From a virus (lineage: Duplodnaviria > Caudoviricetes): DNA of 26,400 bases. Under the pieces are notes generated by a model that was not told where the DNA came from, made no database searches, and saw only the letters and a program-made list of their open reading frames with translations. The stretch spans positions 1-26,400 of IMG/VR virus record IMGVR_UViG_3300009495_000062. One strand, given 5' to 3'. The position numbers and the translations under genes were made by a program. Shown in pieces: positions 1 to 6,733 of the stretch (positions within the stretch are counted from its first letter, which is position 1; each line of letters begins with the position of its first letter).

Positions 1-936
1 AAGTCTGCTAGGATTACGATATACTGTTTTCCAAAAGCGTGATCCTTCGACACCAATGTCTGCTAGTTCAAGATCGAGACTACTACGCAAATCATTGCCA
101 ATTTCAACAGTTTTTGCTTTTAGTTTATCCATGTCCCAATTATAACCAGTACGTGGACATAATTCATTACCGCCAGCAAATTGCGGAGCAAGTTCGTTGT
201 TAAAGTAGTCAGTTAGCCAATCAAAGTCTCTGACATTTTTCCAATCCCAATCATGTCGAGTAACATTAGTCATGTACGCACCTAATCGTGCACCGTACAT
301 TGCCCAAAGACCATTAGTAGTGTCTTCTCCAACAGTCATCCACACCATAAGACGTCTATAATTTTCACGATGGATACGCTTTAGTGCACCTGGATCAACT
401 ACGTCTCCGTTTTCCAATCCCATTTTAACACCTTCTCTAAATCCTGCACGCCATGCTTGTAGTGGTGATCCATTATTGTGTACCCAACTGTACCAGTTAT
501 TCATTTGTACATAATGGATATTCCAACAAAAGTCTACCTGAGCACGTTTATCTGTTGCAGGTGCTGCTTCATGTGTACGCATACGATTAACAACATCAAC
601 TGGCCACATTTTGATACCACCGTTGCCGTACACTAATCCGTTAATAACGTTTTTTGCAGCAAAACTGATAACATGATTATCACCAATTTTATCCATATCT
701 AACTCAATGTTAAAAAAGTCATCGTTAACAATGTTATCAGCATCTACAGTGACAAAGCGATCAGTTTCGCTCATTGCGGCTGCTGCTTTGTGTGCGGCAT
801 CACTGCCCCATACTCCATGACTTCTTTTGGCCCATGGACATTTATCTAACAAGTCTGAATAGTTTTCATCAGCGTTGGGCTCATCGTAGCTGATGTAAAC
901 TATATCAAAATCGTTAATACTTACCAGATTTGACAT
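1..936 (-). CDS. GT-A-fold glycosyltransferase-like phage protein, 3'-truncated by the window edge (312 codons visible)
   Basis: Not in the ORF track; translated by hand. ATG at 936 has GAGGA upstream and the frame is open to base 1: MSNLVSINDFDIVYISYDEPNADENYSDLLDKCPWAKRSHGVWGSDAAHKAAAAMSETDRFVTVDADNIV...NGLVYGNGGIKMWP...AWRAGFREGVKM...VYRNPSRL. It has a GT2-like N-terminal strand (DIVYISYDE) and a hydrophobic strand ending in DxD (FVTVDAD). Overlaps the upstream gene by 23 nt. Confidence 0.8.
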   Translation of the reverse strand, partial: MSNLVSINDFDIVYISYDEPNADENYSDLLDKCPWAKRSHGVWGSDAAHKAAAAMSETDRFVTVDADNIVNDDFFNIELDMDKIGDNHVISFAAKNVINGLVYGNGGIKMWPVDVVNRMRTHEAAPATDKRAQVDFCWNIHYVQMNNWYSWVHNNGSPLQAWRAGFREGVKMGLENGDVVDPGALKRIHRENYRRLMVWMTVGEDTTNGLWAMYGARLGAYMTNVTRHDWDWKNVRDFDWLTDYFNNELAPQFAGGNELCPRTGYNWDMDKLKAKTVEIGNDLRSSLDLELADIGVEGSRFWKTVYRNPSRL

Positions 937-1918
937 ATTCTAATTCCTCATTTTTAAAAGACACGTTTTTTCCTTCTTCGCCAATTAGTAACTTAGATGT
1001 TAATAATTGAGCATCTGTGTTAACGTAAAATTCTTTATATTCTCCCATTTCAGTAAATGGTATTACAATACTATCTACTAAATCAAAGGGCGTTTCACCC
1101 GTAATGTAAATTTTCATATCACTATATATTTTCACTTCGTGTGGGTTATCAAAATTACTCTTAAAGATCCACCCATTTGTACTGTTACTAATAACAAATG
1201 TCGCTTCATCGTCGTTATTAGTAATTTCTTTGTGGTTACGCCGACTATTTTTCCGTTTAATGTATTCTACTGTAGTGTACTTAGTCTTAGTCTTTAACCC
1301 ATAAGTCTTGAAGATTCGACGAGTTAACACATCAATATCATTTAGTCCAATAACAGTTGTTAACTCGCTAAGATCATAAAGCATGTATCCGTTGTTAATA
1401 AGATCAATGGGGTCAATTTCAATAGTGTGTATAAGACGTAGTGGATTATTTTTTTCAGTAATATAAAAATATAACACACTGTTATTTTTATTTTCAGATT
1501 TGCTAAATTTTTGGTTAAATCTTTTACCAGTCATTCGATACAATGTATCAGAGCTAATATTGATTTCTAGTTTCATACTCTCAATATAACGGATTACATT
1601 GATTTCTTTATCAACTGACAGTGGTGTCTCAACAATTTTACTAAGTCGATCTTCATGACTTTTAATTACCAATGCTTCAGACTTAGACATAATAGACTCG
1701 CCATCCACTGATCTATTAATAATATACTTTTTTGGATTCAAATGTCCAAGCAGAATTTCAGCGGCGGTATTATCTTCTGTCAATAAGTGCGGGTTGTCTG
1801 ACTTCTTGTACTTGTTTGATACGTTTATAATCTCACCAGACCATTCATCGTAATACACATAGTACTTACGAAGCGGCTTTTCTCCGACTATCGATATCAA
1901 TTTTGGTTCTGTATTCAT
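914..1918 (-). CDS. Hypothetical protein (334 aa) in the glycosyltransferase cluster, with an internal domain duplication
   Basis: Long ORF on the coding strand, overlapping both neighbours. Repeated motif FYITEKNNPLRLIHTIEI / IYITGETPFDLVDSIVI. The start is uncertain because of a 53-nt overlap with the upstream gene. Confidence 0.75.
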   Translation of the reverse strand: MNTEPKLISIVGEKPLRKYYVYYDEWSGEIINVSNKYKKSDNPHLLTEDNTAAEILLGHLNPKKYIINRSVDGESIMSKSEALVIKSHEDRLSKIVETPLSVDKEINVIRYIESMKLEINISSDTLYRMTGKRFNQKFSKSENKNNSVLYFYITEKNNPLRLIHTIEIDPIDLINNGYMLYDLSELTTVIGLNDIDVLTRRIFKTYGLKTKTKYTTVEYIKRKNSRRNHKEITNNDDEATFVISNSTNGWIFKSNFDNPHEVKIYSDMKIYITGETPFDLVDSIVIPFTEMGEYKEFYVNTDAQLLTSKLLIGEEGKNVSFKNEELEYVKSGKY

Positions 1919-2741
1919 TGATTATATCTTCTGTAATAAAGTTTTCGTCTCTGTAGTGCACTATTCCTGATGAAATAATACTGTTTTCGATGATTAGTCG
2001 ATTATTTTCTGGAAACCAATAATTAAGCATATCAGTCCATTTATCCGGAACATCTTTGCTCCATACACGTTGGCTATGACTTTCCAAATCGTACAAATTG
2101 TTAAGTGTAATGCTAATTTCTGATTCAACATCAAGCAATTGTGTAACAATATTACACAGCACATTTTTATTAAACGTCATTGGTTTTTTGTCATTCATTA
2201 ACTTTGGATATACTTCTTTCCAATTTTGAAAAATTGGATCTGCCATTTTAAACCAGTCAACAGCTAGCTGACTATCCCGCTTAAAGTATATCATATTATT
2301 ATAAAGTTTAGTAAAATTATAATGATTCTCAAACTCAAAAATCACATGTTGATCTAACAATGCGTTCCTATATGTTCTTGCATGCCGAGGTATTGCAATG
2401 TCATAGTTCTCAAATGTATCCCATAATTGATCAATATCAGTGTTTAGAAATATTGTATCATAATCTACATAAATTGTTTCATCATATGGTGATGCTTCAC
2501 GTAGTTGCCAAATATTTGATCCATGAAATCCGTCTTTGTATCCAGTATTTCCAAAAGGTAATTCAACAATGTAGTCAAATACTTCTTCATATCCAGTACG
2601 TAAATCTTTGTCGATGTCATCAACAACCAAACACACACTTGCATCTAGATCACAACTTTTGATACTTAATGCTGTAGTGTATGCATACTTAATTTTATCT
2701 TCATCGGTGTCAATACCAAGTAATATAAATCCTCTACTCAT
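1866..2741 (-). CDS. Nucleotide-diphospho-sugar transferase (GT8-like, GT-A fold), 291 aa
   Basis: Motifs ALSIK...VCLVVD, FDYIVELP, SPYDETIYVDYD (DxD) and C-terminal IVHY. TAATG coupling to the upstream paralogue at 2739-2743. Confidence 0.8.
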   Translation of the reverse strand: MSRGFILLGIDTDEDKIKYAYTTALSIKSCDLDASVCLVVDDIDKDLRTGYEEVFDYIVELPFGNTGYKDGFHGSNIWQLREASPYDETIYVDYDTIFLNTDIDQLWDTFENYDIAIPRHARTYRNALLDQHVIFEFENHYNFTKLYNNMIYFKRDSQLAVDWFKMADPIFQNWKEVYPKLMNDKKPMTFNKNVLCNIVTQLLDVESEISITLNNLYDLESHSQRVWSKDVPDKWTDMLNYWFPENNRLIIENSIISSGIVHYRDENFITEDIINEYRTKIDIDSRRKAAS

Positions 2742-3652
2742 TATGCATGCTCTCCATTTGTTAGTTTTTGTAAAATATCAGTGGAGTGTCTAGCAATAGA
2801 TAGCTTGTTCATTAAATGCAAATTGGTGTTTGTTTGCCGATTTAGAATGTTTTTCCAAGGTTCTTTTCTGTTGTGACTTAGCATAATATAATCATTGACA
2901 TCTTTAATTTCAATAATGTCGTCTTTTTGATCCATATTAATTAATGGAATGCCACCAAAGTCATTCATAAAATTATTTTCATTAAATCCATTCATGACAT
3001 GGTTGGCAATACTTACACAAAAGTCTGTGCGAAACAGACCTGGTGGAAATTGATACAACAAATGGTAGTAATCCCAGTTGTCTTTAACATGCTCCCATGT
3101 ATCAAAAAACACACGACTTTCTTCACTTTGATCAAAGTATACTACTGTACTCCACCAGTGATGTATGCCAGCTTCATTTAAAGTTTGTTCATTTAAATAA
3201 GGTGCTTGATGTTCTAAATACCGAGCATACTTGTGCATTGCAATTGGAACATCTGTTTCAAATATATGGTCATAGAAATCGTTCATGATAAAATAATCAG
3301 TATCAATCAACATTGTTTTATCAAACGGTGTTAAATTAATAACATCATGTTTGTTGCTATTGCTAAATTGTGTACTAAATTCAGTCCACGGGCTATCATA
3401 GTGTCTACGTGGATTTGACTTATGCTGAACGTCTTGTATTACAACATGATCAAAACATTTATCATGCAAACTAGAAGACATAGAGTCTTTAAGATATGCA
3501 TATGTGCCACTGTCAGTAATTAGACAAGTTGCATTATTTTTCATATTTCGTTTAACATAGGCAGCGGCAATGTGAGCAAATTTAACGTAATCAATTTTTT
3601 CGTTATTATATGCAAACATGCATATGCCAGATTCTTCTTGAATTTCGCTCAT
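2741..3652 (-). CDS. Nucleotide-diphospho-sugar transferase (GT8-like, GT-A fold), 303 aa; paralogue of 1866..2741
   Basis: Motifs GICMFAYN, CLITD, FDHVV, TPFDKTMLIDTD (DxD), WSTVVYF, FRTDF. Start moved from the track's 3658 to the ATG at 3652, which forms a TAATG overlap with the upstream stop. Confidence 0.8.
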   Translation of the reverse strand: MSEIQEESGICMFAYNNEKIDYVKFAHIAAAYVKRNMKNNATCLITDSGTYAYLKDSMSSSLHDKCFDHVVIQDVQHKSNPRRHYDSPWTEFSTQFSNSNKHDVINLTPFDKTMLIDTDYFIMNDFYDHIFETDVPIAMHKYARYLEHQAPYLNEQTLNEAGIHHWWSTVVYFDQSEESRVFFDTWEHVKDNWDYYHLLYQFPPGLFRTDFCVSIANHVMNGFNENNFMNDFGGIPLINMDQKDDIIEIKDVNDYIMLSHNRKEPWKNILNRQTNTNLHLMNKLSIARHSTDILQKLTNGEHA

Positions 3653-3999
3653 TACCAATCCATAATTTTCTTGATATTCCTAGACTTTTTAAGTTTTTCC
3701 ATTTGTACTTGGTACTCGTTAACACCTTCAGTATATGCGCCTACTAGTAACTCTACAAATTCTGACAAATCTTTAATTTCAATTGGGTTCTCTTTGTTAT
3801 CTAGTATAACACTAGCAGTTTTTCCTACTGAAATGAGGGATTGCACAAAACTAATTGTTTGCGGATTTGCCGTAAACGCTCCATTATTATAATGTACCAA
3901 TTGTAATGTTTGCATTCTTGCAATGACGTTTTTCTTTTGGTTATTGAGTGTAGCACGGTAGTTGCCAAATTCTAACGCCTTTTCAAGTCTCTCGTCCAT
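3652..3999 (-). CDS. Hypothetical phage protein (115 aa), first gene of the glycosyltransferase cluster
   Basis: ATG with AGGAG at 4013-4009 and a promoter directly upstream. Helical-looking termini (MDERLEKALEF...; EYQVQMEKLKKSR). Confidence 0.8.
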   Translation of the reverse strand: MDERLEKALEFGNYRATLNNQKKNVIARMQTLQLVHYNNGAFTANPQTISFVQSLISVGKTASVILDNKENPIEIKDLSEFVELLVGAYTEGVNEYQVQMEKLKKSRNIKKIMDW

Positions 4000-4027
4000 A
4001 CTGAGTTTCTCCTATAAGTTAACTACT

Positions 4028-4055
4028 ATTATAATTATTTATCGGAGAAAGTCAA
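4028..4055 (-). promoter_or_regulatory. Sigma70-like promoter TTGACT-N16-TATAAT with a late-type GATAAATA box (4043-4036) in the spacer
   Basis: The minus strand reads TTGACT ttctccgataaataat TATAAT agtagttaacttatAGGAGaaactcagtATG, in the largest intergenic gap of the window. Confidence 0.65.
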
Positions 4056-4062
4056 GCAGTTT

Positions 4063-5178
4063 TTAGCTATCGTCAGCAGTGTTGAAATTGTTAGATATTG
4101 AAAATACTGGTTCGGGATTAACATCAAATGTTGCATCATTAAGTGTTATGACTTCTGGCATTAGGAAACTAACATCAGCAGTAAAAGTACCATCTGAAAT
4201 TTGAGTAAATGCAGTATCATCTAATTCAATTTTAAAATCAACATCACTACCGTTATCTGCCCATTTACCATAGAGTTTCATATAACGTTGAGAATAGTTA
4301 CTATATCCATAACCATAACCATAGCCATAGCCGTATGAACTAGTCTCTGAAAAGGCGCCATCAGTAGTAATATAAATTCCAGCAGCGGCATACCCATACC
4401 CAGACCCAGCCCCGCCGTAACCATATGCACTTGGTGGTGCTGTTACTCCGCTACTGGTAAACAACAGTTGATATGAATCTGTTAAATCATAAAACCCTTT
4501 GCCTTCACTCGTGCCCTGTGTTATACTACTACTTTGTACTAAATTATCCCATGTAAAACTTAAAACACCAATTTCATTAATAATGTCTGCCCAGTTATAA
4601 TACCCAGCTGAACTACCTCCAGACATTTCCATATTAATTCTAAGTTGCCCACCACTATTAAAGAAATAACGAGCATGATTATAGTTATTGAATGTCCACT
4701 TGTGTTCACCAACTAGCTGATTTTGCCAAGGTGTTGTCCGTGTATATGGATTAGCGGGCGTGACTGGAACTGAACTTGCGTTTGTAGGGTCAATTGTAAG
4801 ATGTGTATTATTAGCAATAATACTGTTATTAACTTTACTTTCTACAACATTTAAATCTTCTGCACGTATAGGCATTCTTGCTAGTACGTTTGTACGATTA
4901 TTTGGATTGGCAAACACTAATATAGTATCATTAATATTAACATGATCTACCATAATGTTAGATCTGTTAACCATATCTTGTAAACGTTCAGCAGTAATTA
5001 ATGTGCCTTCAACTAGTGCATCGTCAATATTAACAGCACCCCAACCAAACTTGTGGTTAGTTCGATCAGTATCAGTTACAACTACAGTGCTGTATTTGTC
5101 ACCAAAAATCTTGTTGACAAGTTCAGCTACTGTATTATATTCTGATGCTAGTACTACTGTACCTGCTGATACTGGCAT
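4063..5178 (-). CDS. Putative virion structural protein (371 aa) with a Tyr-Gly low-complexity insertion
   Basis: AGGAG upstream. Motifs ASEYNT, FGWG, LITAE, ARYFFNSGGQLRI, GFYDLT, which I recall from large-phage tail-region proteins. Last gene of the structural run. Confidence 0.65.
   Translation of the reverse strand: MPVSAGTVVLASEYNTVAELVNKIFGDKYSTVVVTDTDRTNHKFGWGAVNIDDALVEGTLITAERLQDMVNRSNIMVDHVNINDTILVFANPNNRTNVLARMPIRAEDLNVVESKVNNSIIANNTHLTIDPTNASSVPVTPANPYTRTTPWQNQLVGEHKWTFNNYNHARYFFNSGGQLRINMEMSGGSSAGYYNWADIINEIGVLSFTWDNLVQSSSITQGTSEGKGFYDLTDSYQLLFTSSGVTAPPSAYGYGGAGSGYGYAAAGIYITTDGAFSETSSYGYGYGYGYGYSNYSQRYMKLYGKWADNGSDVDFKIELDDTAFTQISDGTFTADVSFLMPEVITLNDATFDVNPEPVFSISNNFNTADDS
4296..4431 (-). 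repeat. Coding Tyr-Gly repeats: AYGYGGAGSGYGY...SSYGYGYGYGYGYSNY
   Basis: (YG)5Y is encoded by TAC GGC TAT GGC TAT GGT TAT GGT TAT GGA TAT at about 4303-4335, an imperfect hexamer repeat. Confidence 0.9.
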
Positions 5179-5179
5179 A

Positions 5180-6097
5180 TTACTTGGCTCCTACTACTAT
5201 TTCGATTAAACCTTGACCGTCATCGGTTTTATCTTCAAGAGCTCTCCCAATAATATATCTATAATCTAAATTGTCAGTCAGCCAGGCTGACATTGCATTT
5301 CCAGGTGTACTACTACTAACTAGTCTGTCACCTTTTGATATTTTTCCAACAACTTTACACGGAAGGCGTCCAGCCAATGCAACGAACGGATGTGTTTCGT
5401 CACTGCCAGCGGCACTGTTCATTTCAAATCCAGGAGCCGTTGATATAACGCCAAATACATTCGGATCAGTTGATGTAGTAGTTTGTGTAATTTCGTTATC
5501 TCCGCCAAGTGTTACTACTGTTCCAGGTTCATATACTTCGTCTGCATGGTATCTTTCTGCAAGGTCAGCATATTCAGCACTAGTAGCAATTCCTCTAAAT
5601 TTAAAGTTTGATGTTGTATTCATGTTAACACCAGCTTGTATTACTGGAAACTGCGAAGTTAAAACTGTTACACCATCTTCAAGAAATTCAGTAGCGGCTG
5701 GTGTCCATGCGGTTGTGTCATCTACAAGTATAGTAACAATTACACTATCAACAATATTCTCAATAGTATAATGCGAAACTCCATTAGTGTCAAGCCTAGT
5801 TCTGACTTCCATGCGAGTATTTCCTGCTGGAGATCCAATAGTGTACCACTTCCCGCTTTCATATATTTTTAAATAGCTTTCGCTAGTGTCGTACCAAAGT
5901 TGCCCCTCGGTTGGATTGTCTGGAGCAGTAGTAGCTGCAAAATTTTCTAATAAGTGTAATAAGTTTTCATTAAGGTATTCACCAAATCTATTATAATTTT
6001 TACCTACCAATTTTAAACTAGTACTTGTTTCAATAGTACCGTCATTTACTACTATTGGGGTCTTACCGCTCTCTGAATAATCTACTGTATATGGCAT
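5180..6097 (-). CDS. Putative tail appendage/fibre protein (305 aa) with a C-terminal peptidase-G2-like intramolecular chaperone domain
   Basis: N-terminal LKLVGKNY...NENLLHLLENFA...P..P.EGQLWYD...LKIY module typical of phage fibre proteins. C-terminal AEYADLAERY...PGTVV...FGVIST.PG...VALAGRLPCKV...KGDRLVSS...IIGRALE. TAAGGA RBS overlaps the upstream stop. Confidence 0.7.
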   Translation of the reverse strand: MPYTVDYSESGKTPIVVNDGTIETSTSLKLVGKNYNRFGEYLNENLLHLLENFAATTAPDNPTEGQLWYDTSESYLKIYESGKWYTIGSPAGNTRMEVRTRLDTNGVSHYTIENIVDSVIVTILVDDTTAWTPAATEFLEDGVTVLTSQFPVIQAGVNMNTTSNFKFRGIATSAEYADLAERYHADEVYEPGTVVTLGGDNEITQTTTSTDPNVFGVISTAPGFEMNSAAGSDETHPFVALAGRLPCKVVGKISKGDRLVSSSTPGNAMSAWLTDNLDYRYIIGRALEDKTDDGQGLIEIVVGAK

Positions 6098-6106
6098 GTC
6101 TTTTCC

Positions 6107-6706
6107 TTAAACGTCACTGTACGATGTGCGTAATCTGAGTGTATATATTACTTGTATTTTTCTATTAGCACTTTTTTGCACTGGATGAAAAACTACGTGT
6201 GTTAACAAATCGTCGTTAGCTGAGTAAAGTGCTAGTTCATCAAATACATATGTACCATCCATGGTAGTAGCTGTATCTGTAACATCTTGTCCAATTGGTT
6301 CTGCATAGTCCAAAGTACATGTTACAACAACATCACTGTACAAATTTGTACTTGTGTGTACTGCTTCTACACTATTGTCTGCACTACCAGATTGTGCTTC
6401 ATCTACTACCTTACTAAAAGTTTGGTTATATAATGCACCACTTGATAAGGATGTATTTGTTGCTTTGTATGTTACAGCACCTATACCATTAATTGTTGTT
6501 CCAGCATTACCAAAACGCATTGTACCAACGTGATGTGATCCAGTTGCTCCTGCCTCGTTTGCTAACAAGTTAGCAAGTGCGACACTCATATTCTCAAAGT
6601 TAACGGCGTTGCGGCGGCGTGTCAATACTTCACCACTATCAGGATCCCATATTGTAATGTGACCTTCTACGCCTATCATTGTTTTTTCAGTTTTATTTAC
6701 ACTCAT
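6107..6706 (-). CDS. Putative baseplate/fibre-attachment structural protein (199 aa)
   Basis: Motifs EGHITIWD...RRNAV, RFGNAGT, VTCTLDYAEP, YVFDELALYS...LLTHVVFHPVQKSANR.IQVIYTL. Start reassigned to ATG 6706, downstream of the giant gene's stop and a TATAAATA box; the track's 20 extra residues overlap the giant gene. Confidence 0.7.
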   Translation of the reverse strand: MSVNKTEKTMIGVEGHITIWDPDSGEVLTRRRNAVNFENMSVALANLLANEAGATGSHHVGTMRFGNAGTTINGIGAVTYKATNTSLSSGALYNQTFSKVVDEAQSGSADNSVEAVHTSTNLYSDVVVTCTLDYAEPIGQDVTDTATTMDGTYVFDELALYSANDDLLTHVVFHPVQKSANRKIQVIYTLRLRTSYSDV

Positions 6707-6725
6707 AATCTTTTTCCATTTATAA

Positions 6726-6733
6726 TATTTATA
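6726..6733 (-). promoter_or_regulatory. T4-type late promoter box TATAAATA
   Basis: Exact TATAAATA overlapping the TAA of the 3662-aa gene, about 20 nt upstream of ATG 6706. Confidence 0.65.

Noticed and set aside
4048-4061. AAAGT(CA)AGCAGTT similar to the reverse complement of 21640-21651, a possible shared operator
   Set aside because: Only two copies, in opposite orientation and with a 2-nt indel in AT-rich DNA; not distinguishable from chance.
4296-4431. Diversity-generating retroelement variable repeat, or a CRISPR-like array
   Set aside because: No template repeat, reverse transcriptase or spaced direct repeats were seen in the window. The repeat is explained by Tyr-Gly codons.
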